Shown here: positions 6,722 to 15,871 of the stretch, one piece after another
How positions within the stretch are numbered: the stretch's first letter is position 1
Layout of the letters: every line of letters starts with the position of its first letter
Source of the DNA: Candidatus Saccharimonadota bacterium
Lineage (GTDB): Bacteria > Patescibacteriota > Saccharimonadia > Saccharimonadales > Saccharimonadaceae
NCBI GenBank assembly: GCA_020160975.1
Contig: JAIUPJ010000001.1
Location: 840,001 to 872,000 of the forward strand
Direction of reading: 5' to 3'
Length of the DNA: 32,000 nt
The notes under the pieces: model-generated
Seen by the model: only the letters and a program-made list of their open reading frames with translations
Told to the model about the DNA's origin: nothing
The model's database searches: none
Program-made: the position numbers and the translations under genes

Positions 6722-7738
6722 TTACTCTTCACGCCTAGGTGCTATTGTTCTCTGAATATATTGAGATGAAGAAAAAATATTCCCTGCCATCGCCAGCCCT
6801 TTGACTAGTTTATCTGTGCCATACAAATTCCCATAGCTATCCCTCAGACTTACAGTCTGATCAATCCCACCTTCGCGGCAAAATTGTATGTGGCCATCCG
6901 CAGCAATGACGATGTTGCAAAGCCCATCCTGGCACGGATATTTTGGGCAGTCGCCACATAATTCTTTAGAATAATGTGCTGCAACCGAAGTATCTCTTAG
7001 TTCTATCTTCGTACCCTCAGGTGTGGTGAAGACTTTTTTCGCGTGGCCGACTCCGCCAACTGCATATTTAATGGAGGGCGGTCCATACTCACTTTCTAAG
7101 TCAAGAGCGATACTATCAAGCCTTACATAATTATCATCCGCAAAGTTACGTGATCCCGATAACGCATTATCGTAGCTACTTAGGTCAAACAATTTAATAT
7201 CGAGGCCATTCTGAACGCAAAATTCAATTATCGTGCTAACTTCGTCCTTATTGTACTCTCCGACAACGGTCTGAAGTCGTACTGGTACCTTGTCTTTTAT
7301 TTTTAGTATACCTTCAATTGTGTTTTCGAAGATGCTTTCGTTGCGGTGTGCGATACGCCGAAAGACCTCTGAGCGCAGCGTATCGAGGCTAATTTTTAAT
7401 TCATCAAAACCTGTCTCGACTATTCCGTCAAAATACCGTAAGATATTAGCCCCATTCGTGTTAAGTTTTGTATATCCAGGACCTTTTGGACGTCTATCAT
7501 TAACAAATCGCGCCAATTCAAACGTTGTTTGTGCGCTATTGTCTGTCAGAAGAGGTTCACCACCCGTAAAGCTAAAGTCTTGGAAGCCAACATCAATTGC
7601 TGCACTGAGCAGTGTCTTGAAATCATCAAGATTTAGCCTCGTTGATTGCATCTCAACACTATCGCCAGCTATCGGGCAATAATCACAACTTAAATTGCAC
7701 TGCTCAGTAACAGCCACACGCACAGAAGGCTTATCCAT
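6722..7738 (-). CDS. Radical SAM enzyme, MoaA-like
   Basis: VTEQCNLSCDYCP carries the Cx3Cx2C motif; FTGGEPLL and KLNTNG are also present. The C-terminal CGDCPKYPCQDGLCNIVIAADGHIQFC resembles the MoaA C-terminal Cys cluster region. Confidence 0.75.
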   Translation of the reverse strand: MDKPSVRVAVTEQCNLSCDYCPIAGDSVEMQSTRLNLDDFKTLLSAAIDVGFQDFSFTGGEPLLTDNSAQTTFELARFVNDRRPKGPGYTKLNTNGANILRYFDGIVETGFDELKISLDTLRSEVFRRIAHRNESIFENTIEGILKIKDKVPVRLQTVVGEYNKDEVSTIIEFCVQNGLDIKLFDLSSYDNALSGSRNFADDNYVRLDSIALDLESEYGPPSIKYAVGGVGHAKKVFTTPEGTKIELRDTSVAAHYSKELCGDCPKYPCQDGLCNIVIAADGHIQFCREGGIDQTVSLRDSYGNLYGTDKLVKGLAMAGNIFSSSQYIQRTIAPRREE

Positions 7739-7760
7739 AAAACATATTATAACATAAAAT

Positions 7761-7787
7761 TAGGCAATTATACGCTTAACACACCCA
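7761..7787. repeat. Solo IS1595-type terminal fragment
   Basis: TAGGCAATTATACGCTTAACACACCCA equals the reverse complement of 21696-21722 (26/27), which is the transposase-proximal end of the IS at 20682-21721. Confidence 0.6.
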
Positions 7788-7824
7788 ACTTTATAGAGAT
7801 AGCTAACAATGCCATGCTTTAGCC

Positions 7825-8004
7825 CTATTTATTCTTGGGCTTTTTGGGTGGCTTTGTCGCTTTGAGGAGCTTGTCTACTGCTTTATCAAACGTAGTGTTG
7901 AGCTTGAGCGGTTGTTCGTTTGTGCGAACTGGCTTTGCCTCGTACTCGTCGATTTGCTTTTGCAATTCCTCGGCCTCTTTTTTCGTTGTCTTAGTCTTCG
8001 CCAT
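7825..8004 (-). CDS. Small Lys/Glu-rich hypothetical protein (59 aa, below the ORF-track cutoff)
   Basis: My own translation is MAKTKTTKKEAEELQKQIDEYEAKPVRTNEQPLKLNTTFDKAVDKLLKATKPPKKPKNK. A TATAAT lies just upstream. No homology was recognised. Confidence 0.3.
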   Translation of the reverse strand: MAKTKTTKKEAEELQKQIDEYEAKPVRTNEQPLKLNTTFDKAVDKLLKATKPPKKPKNK

Positions 8005-8039
8005 ATCTTGATTATATCAAAAAAGTTGTCTAGTTAGTT

Positions 8040-10634
8040 TTAGTCGCCTAGAACTTTTGTTGCCTTTCGTTTTCTAGCTTGTCGCTTTGGCTTTGTTTTC
8101 GTAGGTTTTGGCTCTGGTTTCTTTTCGGCTGGCTTTTCTTCTGGCTCGACATGCTTTGTGGCAAATACGGCGCGTGAGTGTTCTATGACTGCTATTACTA
8201 CCTCATCACTACCAGCACTATCAAGCAGGAGTGTTTGGCCTGATAGCGGCTCTTGAGCATGGACAGCCGATAGCTTGGCGTAAAAGTTAAAGGCTGGCAA
8301 GTTGCTTATCTCGCCCTGTTCGATAAATGGGCTAAACAGCGGTAATAGCATACGTTCGTCTTGTGGGTTGCCAGTTCTAAAGCAAACCACCGTACCGACG
8401 TTAGCTAAAATCACATTGACCATTTGTTGATCGTCCTGCTGTGAGGTCGATTGTTCGGCAATCGTGAGGAACAAGCGGTATTTTCGTGCCTCGCTAAGTA
8501 GCTGCACAAACGACGGTGTAGCAAAGTTTTGGAACTCATCGACGTAGAGGTAGAAAGGGCGACGCTCCGACTGGTTCAGTCGGGCGCGTCGCAGACTTGC
8601 CAGTTGTAACTTGGCAAGTACGGCTATACCAAACAGCTCTGATACGTCTTCGCCGAGCAGTCCTTTTGAGAAGTTACAAATCAGTATCTTGCCACTGTTC
8701 ATAATGTCTTCAAAATCTATCGTGGACTTCTTCTGGCTTAAAATCAGGCGTGCCGAGGCGTTAGCGTTAAAGCGGCCAATCTTGGCGGTAATACCAGCCG
8801 CCATTTTGACTTTCTGCATGTCGCCAGCTTTACCGAGTTCGTTTTTCCAAAAGTCTATCAAGTCTTCATCTTCGAGTTTTTTGATAACTTCTTTGCGGAA
8901 CTTGTCATTTTGTAGCAGCTTGAGAATAGTAAACAAGGTTGCACCCTCGACGGTAAGCGCGGTATGTATAGCGTTACGTAGCACGTATTCGATACGGTGG
9001 CCGCCGCTATCGTCCTCTGAAAATAGCTTGCGAAATACCGATACAACGCTCTCTGTGATGATGTCTTTTTCGCGTAGCAGCTCGTTGCCTTTGAGGTCTG
9101 GTGTAAGTTCAAGCAAGTTTAACCCTATCGGGTACTCTAAGTCGTCGGGATTGAAGTAGACAACATCTTTGACGCGCTCTGGCGGCACATGACGCAAAAG
9201 CGTTTCGGCCATATCACCGTGAGGGTCGATAATGGCCACGCCTTTGCCGTTTTTCATATCTTGTACAATCTCGTATTGCAACATGGTTGTTTTGCCACTA
9301 CCTGTACCACCAATGACGTACTGGTGGCGTTCACGTTCGGCCTCGATAAGTCCGATAGGTGTAATCGTGTCATGGTGGTGGTTTTCGCCAATCACAACGG
9401 CCAATTCTTTGCCAGACTTTAGCGACACTGGCGCTGGCAGCGTTCGGCTAAGTGAAGTTATGAGGTTGTCGGTTTTGCTGACTTGGCTTGAGGGAAAGTG
9501 ATATAAGCTCGCAAGCTCCGACACACCCAAAACAACGGCAGATCGTCGCGTTAATGAGGGCAAGCGACGAATAGCCGCCCTGTGCCGCAGAGTATCGAGA
9601 AGTGGTATATGTGCCTTTGCCTTGAGCGACTGATACGGCGGCACACTATAACCGTCGAGTGCAGATTTTAGCGCCGATATGTGTGCTGCCACTTCGGGGC
9701 TTTTGACGAGAATACGCAAGTTTGTTTGAAATAGCGGCTGCGTAACTTTGTGGTGCATAGTTTCCATGAGTTCGAGTTCAAAAGCACTCAATACGCGCGA
9801 CGGACGGTCGCGTTTGGTAATATGCGCCTGTTGCTGTGTGCTGCGGTTCTTTGCGTAGTAGTAATCACGATAGCCAGAAGTCGTACCCATATATACCTCG
9901 CCAGCAAGGTCTGTTAGCCCTGATGAGGCTTTGCCAAACACATTAGCGATACGACCAAATACAGAAAGTTGTTTGCCACTGACTTGCTGTAAGATATTTT
10001 CGTTGCCTAAGATTTTATGCGACAGTATCTCGGCCTCGCGCAAACGTATAGGCGTAGCAACAATCTGTAAAGTTATCTGCTCGTCGTCGGCCAGTTTTGT
10101 CATAGCTCCTGTAACGTAACCGAGTGGGTCGTGCTGTTCAAATGCTGATGTGAGCGTAAGCGGCAGCACATAATGGCCGACTTCCTTAAACTCTATGACG
10201 CTATCTGCGCCTGTGTCCTCGCGCTCGACCTCTTTTACTTTAGAATCTGGTATGTACGATGTGATAGTTTTCTGTATGTTCTTTGAGCGGTCTTTTTCTA
10301 CTTGCAGCAAGTATCGTATGCCGTCCTTGCGCGTCGATACAATTTCAAAACTCATCACTGGCGAGCGGTCGAATAGCCGCTCTTTGAGTTGCCGTGCAGC
10401 ACGCGCACCGTGTATCACTGAAAACAGTTGCTCGGTGGCTTGTGGTGTCTTGGCGATACTGCTTGGCGGTGTAATTTCCAGCCACACCATATCACGGTGT
10501 AGTAAGTAGCGACGGTTGGCGATTGTTCGTATCAGCATGAATACAAACCACGCCACCACGAGCGAGCCGACGGCGAGCGCAGCTAAAGGCCAGAATTGTA
10601 AGGCGGTATCGGCAATAGCGGTGTTGGTGTCCAC
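8040..10634 (-). CDS. Type IV secretion coupling protein (VirD4/TraG/TcpA-like ATPase)
   Basis: 864 aa with GTG start after AGGAG. It has an N-terminal TM segment, Walker A VIGGTGSGKTT, Walker B FYLYVDEFQNF and a Lys/Pro-rich C-terminal tail. Confidence 0.85.
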   Translation of the reverse strand: MDTNTAIADTALQFWPLAALAVGSLVVAWFVFMLIRTIANRRYLLHRDMVWLEITPPSSIAKTPQATEQLFSVIHGARAARQLKERLFDRSPVMSFEIVSTRKDGIRYLLQVEKDRSKNIQKTITSYIPDSKVKEVEREDTGADSVIEFKEVGHYVLPLTLTSAFEQHDPLGYVTGAMTKLADDEQITLQIVATPIRLREAEILSHKILGNENILQQVSGKQLSVFGRIANVFGKASSGLTDLAGEVYMGTTSGYRDYYYAKNRSTQQQAHITKRDRPSRVLSAFELELMETMHHKVTQPLFQTNLRILVKSPEVAAHISALKSALDGYSVPPYQSLKAKAHIPLLDTLRHRAAIRRLPSLTRRSAVVLGVSELASLYHFPSSQVSKTDNLITSLSRTLPAPVSLKSGKELAVVIGENHHHDTITPIGLIEAERERHQYVIGGTGSGKTTMLQYEIVQDMKNGKGVAIIDPHGDMAETLLRHVPPERVKDVVYFNPDDLEYPIGLNLLELTPDLKGNELLREKDIITESVVSVFRKLFSEDDSGGHRIEYVLRNAIHTALTVEGATLFTILKLLQNDKFRKEVIKKLEDEDLIDFWKNELGKAGDMQKVKMAAGITAKIGRFNANASARLILSQKKSTIDFEDIMNSGKILICNFSKGLLGEDVSELFGIAVLAKLQLASLRRARLNQSERRPFYLYVDEFQNFATPSFVQLLSEARKYRLFLTIAEQSTSQQDDQQMVNVILANVGTVVCFRTGNPQDERMLLPLFSPFIEQGEISNLPAFNFYAKLSAVHAQEPLSGQTLLLDSAGSDEVVIAVIEHSRAVFATKHVEPEEKPAEKKPEPKPTKTKPKRQARKRKATKVLGD

Positions 10635-11185
10635 TCTGGCGCTCCTATTTTTCCATGAATAAACTTGTAGCTACTGGCGGCCTCTTTTGAAAATGTACGC
10701 GTTGATACGACATTGAGTGTCGGCGCGTTCATCTCTGATATTGTCCAGTCGCCAGTTAGTTCGTTGACGCTAATAACGTATGCCACATGCCCCCAATCAC
10801 CGCTATCAGTCTGAAAGACAGCACCGACAGCAGGAGTATGATTTACAAGATAGCCGTCGGCCTCGGCGCGGTCGTCCCATGTGTTTGCGTTACCCCATGT
10901 GGTCGGTATCGGACTGCCAGCCCATTTACGCATAGCGTATGACCACCATGTACAGTTACCCCACGCATAAGTATTGTCTGGCATGGGTGCGCCCATATAA
11001 AAGCCGCGTGTTTCGGCAGATTTAGCGTCTGGCGTATTTGCCAGCCAGCTAAGAGTTGGCGTGCCAAGCGACATTATAGCCACAACTGGCAACGATATGA
11101 TGATAGTTACCACTATCAACACCAGCGCGAGTATGCGCTTTGGCTTAAAGCCGCCGACGCTAAACACTACAACCGCTGGATTCAC
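10583..11185 (-). CDS. Membrane-anchored CHAP-domain peptidoglycan hydrolase (T4SS-associated)
   Basis: An N-terminal TM segment is followed by the catalytic Cys context GNCTWWSYAMRKW and His context WGHVAYV. Confidence 0.8.
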   Translation of the reverse strand: MNPAVVVFSVGGFKPKRILALVLIVVTIIISLPVVAIMSLGTPTLSWLANTPDAKSAETRGFYMGAPMPDNTYAWGNCTWWSYAMRKWAGSPIPTTWGNANTWDDRAEADGYLVNHTPAVGAVFQTDSGDWGHVAYVISVNELTGDWTISEMNAPTLNVVSTRTFSKEAASSYKFIHGKIGAPEWTPTPLLPIPPYNSGL

Positions 11186-12963
11186 GAGGCGTACAACTCC
11201 GCAGGGTTAGTCGTGATGAGTGGGTGTTCTTTGTCGCTGGCAACAACTTTTACTGCTACGTGGTTTTGGTCGGCGATCAGTAGCGCGTCGCCGCGTTCAC
11301 ACGTTAGCAAAAAGCTCTGTTCGTATTCGCTTAGATTAAACTCGCTTACCACACCCTTGATAGTTGTAGTATCTTGGCGCATGAGAATACGTAAAGCCGA
11401 CTGCGACGCAATAGCACGGCCATAGTCGCTTTTCAGAAAGTCGCGTGCTTGTTGCGAGATGATTGACACGCCGAGATAGTATTTTCGGGCGCGGCGTACC
11501 AATCCAGCGACAAAGCGTGCCGATTCTTCGTGTTCAAGCAGTAGCCAGCCCTCGTCAATGATGAGTAACCGTTTTTCTGGCTTGGCCATGACCTGATTTT
11601 TTACAAAGTTTGAGATAATCAACATCATTATTTTGCGTAGGCTCTCTGGCAAGTCTTTGATGTCAAAAACAACTAGCCGATTATCGAGCTTGATATTTGT
11701 TTGTGAGTTAAACACTTCGGCAAGCGAGCCAGAGATATATCGTTCTAGCCGTTCGCATAGTTTCATCTGGCCGAGGTCTTTGAGTTCAACATACAAGTCT
11801 TCGAGGAGTGGTTGTTGTTTCTTGGCTTTTTTGTAGATTTTGAGTATGGCTTTATCGACTGCCGCTTTTTCGCGCGAGTTTAGCCCCTCTGCCATAAGGC
11901 CAATGACTTCTGTAAGGTCTTGGGTATGCTCCGACAGGTCGCTAATTTTGTGAAATGTCGTTGCAAGGTCAAAGGGGTTTATCTTTTGCTTGCTCTTGGC
12001 CGATACTTTGATGTATGTACCGCCGACAGATTTTGTCAGTCGCTCATATTCACGTTCTGGGTCAATGACGATAACTTTTGTGCCTTGCATAAGCTGGCGT
12101 AGTATCTCGACTTTGGTTGTGTAGCTTTTACCAGCGCCAGAGCTTGCAAACGTGATTGAGTTTGCATTGTGCAAGCTAAAGCGATCAAGAATAACCAGCG
12201 AGTTATTTGATTTGTTTACGCCATACAATATGCCAGTTTCTTGCACTAGCTCGGACGACATAAACGGAAAAGTAAGCGCCGCGCTGGAACTGTCGAGGTT
12301 GCGTTTTTGTGCCAGTTGGTCTTCGCCGCGAGGTAGGATTGACTGCAAAGCCTCAAGTTGTTGGTAGCGTGCCACTTTGGAGTAAAACAGCCGTGCCGAC
12401 ATAGTAGCCTCAAGCAGTTTTGTGATTTTGTTTAGCTCCTCTAAAGTTTCGGCGCGAATACTGACATAGATTGCCATTTGAAACAGTTTTTCTTGGCCAC
12501 GCTGGATTTTATCGCGTAGCTCGATAGCCGATTCTAAGGGGTCGGTAATTTCAGAACCGACAATTTTACCAGCCCTCATCATAGCCCTCTTGGTACTCTC
12601 TAGCTCGGTAATTTTGCGGTGCAGTTTTGGTAAGGCTGACATGGCGCTGACTTCGTGTACGTGATAGCTTATGTCGGTATCGTGGTTAAAGTTAATCAGA
12701 CTATCAAGCCAGCCAGAGTTTGCCACAAATGGGTAGCCAGAGATGTACAAGGTACGCATGTACACGCCGTCGATACACAAATGGTCGATATTTTCTTCTA
12801 GCCCAGAGTATGACAATACGTCGATAGCGTCTTGTTCGCCAAACGTGATATTGAGTTCTTGTTGTCGCTCTATACGCGCCTGTCGTCGCTTGCGAGCAGG
12901 GGCGGCGATTGGCTCTATGAGTTTACGCCTTACGTTTTCGAGCTTTTTTAGCTGTGTTTTCAT
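11182..12963 (-). CDS. virB4: VirB4-family T4SS ATPase, C-terminal ATPase portion
   Basis: Walker A FASSGAGKSYTTK, Walker B RLLIIDEGWLLL, and ISQQARDF. At 593 aa it lacks the usual N-terminal domain. Confidence 0.88.
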   Translation of the reverse strand: MKTQLKKLENVRRKLIEPIAAPARKRRQARIERQQELNITFGEQDAIDVLSYSGLEENIDHLCIDGVYMRTLYISGYPFVANSGWLDSLINFNHDTDISYHVHEVSAMSALPKLHRKITELESTKRAMMRAGKIVGSEITDPLESAIELRDKIQRGQEKLFQMAIYVSIRAETLEELNKITKLLEATMSARLFYSKVARYQQLEALQSILPRGEDQLAQKRNLDSSSAALTFPFMSSELVQETGILYGVNKSNNSLVILDRFSLHNANSITFASSGAGKSYTTKVEILRQLMQGTKVIVIDPEREYERLTKSVGGTYIKVSAKSKQKINPFDLATTFHKISDLSEHTQDLTEVIGLMAEGLNSREKAAVDKAILKIYKKAKKQQPLLEDLYVELKDLGQMKLCERLERYISGSLAEVFNSQTNIKLDNRLVVFDIKDLPESLRKIMMLIISNFVKNQVMAKPEKRLLIIDEGWLLLEHEESARFVAGLVRRARKYYLGVSIISQQARDFLKSDYGRAIASQSALRILMRQDTTTIKGVVSEFNLSEYEQSFLLTCERGDALLIADQNHVAVKVVASDKEHPLITTNPAELYAS

Positions 12964-13600
12964 CTGCTGTTCCTTTCTGCTCGCTCTTGACGAGGGCGGT
13001 ATGAATTATCTGCAAAGCCTGTTCGGTGAGTGGCTGTATTTTGGCTTGCGTCGGACTGTAAAAGCTATAAAACAGGTCTAGCACTTCGAGGCTGTCGAGT
13101 TGATCGGCGTGCATACCGAGCCGCCCCATACCTTTGTTGATAATGTCGAGCTTGATTTTTATTTGCTCCGAGATGAGGTCAAAATCTGCCTTGCCAGATT
13201 GTCGGTACGGCACGACGATATAGAAATGACGCGTTAAAATCTTGTTGTTGCTAATGAGCGAGCGTATAAACTCGTCGTAGTTTTGTAGCTGCGTGCGGTA
13301 GATCGGCACAGTTTCACTATCTAGCCGTTCGCGTAGGTCTTCGAGGTATTTGTCCATATCTATCTCGCGCGTCCGTATCAGGATTTGCAAGCTCGTACCG
13401 ACAGAGTTTAGAAAACTCTCGTAGGTTTCAATGATAGCGTCTTGTTCTTCTTCGCTGCGTAGTTCAAAGTTAAGCGACGATACTTGCAAGATTGCGCGGT
13501 ACTCATTGTTTGGCAACATCAAGATACCGTCGCGCACGCCACGTATGGCAATTTGATGACGCGAGCTAGTTTTACTTTTCGATTTCTGTAAGGCGAACAT
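12923..13600 (-). CDS. VirB4 N-terminal domain encoded as a separate ORF
   Basis: Start ATG 13600 follows AAAGGAAA. IRGVRDGILMLPNNEYRAILQVSSLNFELRSEEEQDAIIETYESFLN matches the N-terminal region of Gram-positive VirB4/TrsE/Orf16-type proteins. It overlaps the ATPase ORF by 41 nt in a different frame. Confidence 0.65.
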   Translation of the reverse strand: MFALQKSKSKTSSRHQIAIRGVRDGILMLPNNEYRAILQVSSLNFELRSEEEQDAIIETYESFLNSVGTSLQILIRTREIDMDKYLEDLRERLDSETVPIYRTQLQNYDEFIRSLISNNKILTRHFYIVVPYRQSGKADFDLISEQIKIKLDIINKGMGRLGMHADQLDSLEVLDLFYSFYSPTQAKIQPLTEQALQIIHTALVKSEQKGTADENTAKKARKRKA

Positions 13601-14078
13601 GCAGATTTCCTTTCTTTCCAGTTTCAAAACGGACTTTTGCCGCAGGGTTTTCTATGGTGGCAAGAACTCTGGCGGTAGCTGGTATGTCGAGCTGTGGTCG
13701 GGCGGTGTGTCTTTGCGTTTTTGTGGTGGTGGCCTTTTCTGGTTCTTCTTTTTTAGTTGGGTAGGTTTCGCGTAGGCTCTCGGTGTTTTTGTTGTAGAGA
13801 TAGTATTTTGGTCGCAAATTGTAGCGTAGGATTGTTACCAGCCAAAAGGCCAATATCTTGCCCTTGATACGAATAGCCAAAACACCAAAGAACATAAAGA
13901 CAGCGCCGATGATAACGTACTTATAGATCGCGCTACCCATGAACGGCGGCACAAGGGCAAAAACACCAGCACTGACAAAAATCGGTATCACGAGCAGGAG
14001 TATTTGCGAAAAGCCAAGACTACCGATGATACGGTCTTCAACAGTTGTAACTTGTGCTGGTACGACGGTCATTTTCAT
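13572..14078 (-). CDS. PrgI/VirB3-like small T4SS membrane protein
   Basis: VPAQVTTVEDRIIGSLGFSQILLL is followed by two TM helices, in the position between the VirB6-like and VirB4 genes. Confidence 0.55.
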   Translation of the reverse strand: MKMTVVPAQVTTVEDRIIGSLGFSQILLLVIPIFVSAGVFALVPPFMGSAIYKYVIIGAVFMFFGVLAIRIKGKILAFWLVTILRYNLRPKYYLYNKNTESLRETYPTKKEEPEKATTTKTQRHTARPQLDIPATARVLATIENPAAKVRFETGKKGNLHVRLTEIEK

Positions 14079-15520
14079 GCGGCTTTGTCCTCGTCGCTAC
14101 TCTTGCGCGTTACCTTTGGCCTCGGTGCGCTTTTTGGTATCGCGGTATGTGTAATCTCGGCCGTGCCTTTCTTGTTTTCAAAACTGACACTTTGTATCTT
14201 GCCAGTCCGAACGGCCTTTGATTCAACGCCCCTCATCATGCGCGTCTTCTTTGCGGTATCAGTCTTTGAGCTGATAGCACTTGAGGCAGCGCGGCCTTTG
14301 CCAGTCATGTAACTTACACCGTTTATAAACTGGCTGCCGAGTTTTTTGATGTTGCGCGACCCCATACTGACATAGCTAAATTGCATCATCGTACCTTGTG
14401 CCCTGAGCAGCATAAGTACCGTTGCGATACCTGTTACCATAGCCATGAGCGTATCGGGCATAGCATTGTCGCCAGAGGCCGTCGCCATACCAGCAAACAG
14501 CGAGGCGGCAAGCTGGAGTATCACGACATGCACGAACAATACAAAGATTGTCGTAATGTAGGTCTTAAATGCAGTTTCGGCAAAATCACGAAAGCCCGGA
14601 ATTAGCCAGACGAGCGCAACCAGCGGCGATAGCACCGCGCCAATATACAGCGTTACTAGACGCATGACGTAGTACACCACCAGCACAATCGAGCAAATCA
14701 CAAAGGCCAGCATGATAAACAGCGCCGCAATACCGAGGCCTGACGTTTCCTCGACAACTTTCATCAGCGTTTCCCAGACGGACGTAGTACCAGACACGAG
14801 GCCAACGGCTTTAATGAGCGCGTTCGATAGCGCGATAATGCCGTCAATCAAGAATATCGACGTATTCATTAGCACGAATATCAGCGCCAGCCGAGGTAGC
14901 AAGTGCTTAAACTCTATCTCATCAAATCCAAACGTGGACGCACTCATAACATGAAAACCAATCAGCACCACGACCAGAATAAACAGCACATCGGCAATAC
15001 CCACCATAGCCAGCCAGAAGTTGAAGACGCTTTGATTGCTTGCCATAGTCGGCGTTGCTTTGGTGAAGAAGTCAAGCGCCGAGAGGAACGGCGTAGCCAC
15101 TCCGTTGATAACTTTGACGAGCAAGCCAGTGATCGCCTTGATTATCATGTCAAGCAAACCGTTGCTGTCGTCCTTTGATTCTATGGCCTCAAGACTTGGC
15201 ATAGTAGCGCTGCTTGGGTCATGTGGCGTACCGTAAGAGTTCGTTAGAATTGTCGTGAGGGTTACGGCGGCCAGCACAATCACAAGGCCTAGCACCGCCT
15301 TTTTTAGCACCTCTTTGGCATGTTCCATTTGCTCTGGCTTGCCGCTGCTTGTGATGTAGAGGTAGCCAGCGTTTGCGATAAAAAACACACAGGCCACACT
15401 TGCAAGACCAGCCAGCAGTTGCACCACTGGCATGACATATTCGCGCATGGCCGTGATAGCCGATGAAGTGTCGCCAAAGATTGTTAGCCCTGACAGTAGG
15501 GCGTTCTCAAGACCCCACAT
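14075..15520 (-). CDS. VirB6/TrbL-like polytopic T4SS membrane protein with an N-terminal pilin-like module
   Basis: 481 aa with many hydrophobic helices. Its N-terminus is paralogous to the upstream pilin-like protein (GYLYITSSGKPEQMEHAKEVL vs GFTYITSSGNPEQLDKAKRTL). Confidence 0.65.
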   Translation of the reverse strand: MWGLENALLSGLTIFGDTSSAITAMREYVMPVVQLLAGLASVACVFFIANAGYLYITSSGKPEQMEHAKEVLKKAVLGLVIVLAAVTLTTILTNSYGTPHDPSSATMPSLEAIESKDDSNGLLDMIIKAITGLLVKVINGVATPFLSALDFFTKATPTMASNQSVFNFWLAMVGIADVLFILVVVLIGFHVMSASTFGFDEIEFKHLLPRLALIFVLMNTSIFLIDGIIALSNALIKAVGLVSGTTSVWETLMKVVEETSGLGIAALFIMLAFVICSIVLVVYYVMRLVTLYIGAVLSPLVALVWLIPGFRDFAETAFKTYITTIFVLFVHVVILQLAASLFAGMATASGDNAMPDTLMAMVTGIATVLMLLRAQGTMMQFSYVSMGSRNIKKLGSQFINGVSYMTGKGRAASSAISSKTDTAKKTRMMRGVESKAVRTGKIQSVSFENKKGTAEITHTAIPKSAPRPKVTRKSSDEDKAA

Positions 15521-15529
15521 AGCTTATAC

Positions 15530-15871
15530 CTAGCCCCCGAACGCCTGTTTTGCCAGAGTTGTTACGATGTTTGCCAGCACAAACGCCGCGATGACGATAG
15601 CGAGGCCGATAGCCGACCATGTGAGCGTGCGTTTTGCTTTGTCTAGCTGTTCAGGATTGCCCGAACTCGTGATGTAGGTAAACCCACCAGCAACAAAAAA
15701 GCCAGTCGCAACCAGACCAGCCAAACCTGCAAGCACCGTGATGACGTTGCGTATAAAGTTTTCGACGTTGCTAACGCCCCCAGGCGTTTGCGCCAACGCT
15801 GGCTCTGCCAGCACAAAAGGCAAACCAGCCGCAACGACCAGCGCCACAATAGATAATGTTTTTAACCTCAT
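15530..15871 (-). CDS. VirB2/TrbC-type pilin-like protein
   Basis: Start ATG 15871 follows GAGGGG. It has a signal peptide ending in ALAQ and two hydrophobic helices flanking the TSSGNPEQ motif. Confidence 0.6.
   Translation of the reverse strand: MRLKTLSIVALVVAAGLPFVLAEPALAQTPGGVSNVENFIRNVITVLAGLAGLVATGFFVAGGFTYITSSGNPEQLDKAKRTLTWSAIGLAIVIAAFVLANIVTTLAKQAFGG

Noticed and set aside
8611-15236. Numerous plus-strand ORFs of 60-180 aa inside the T4SS block (for example 8611-9159, 10195-10509, 12743-13081, 14004-14312).
   Set aside because: All are antisense to long minus-strand genes with ATPase or membrane-protein signatures. They are Ser/Arg/Cys-rich with no motifs.
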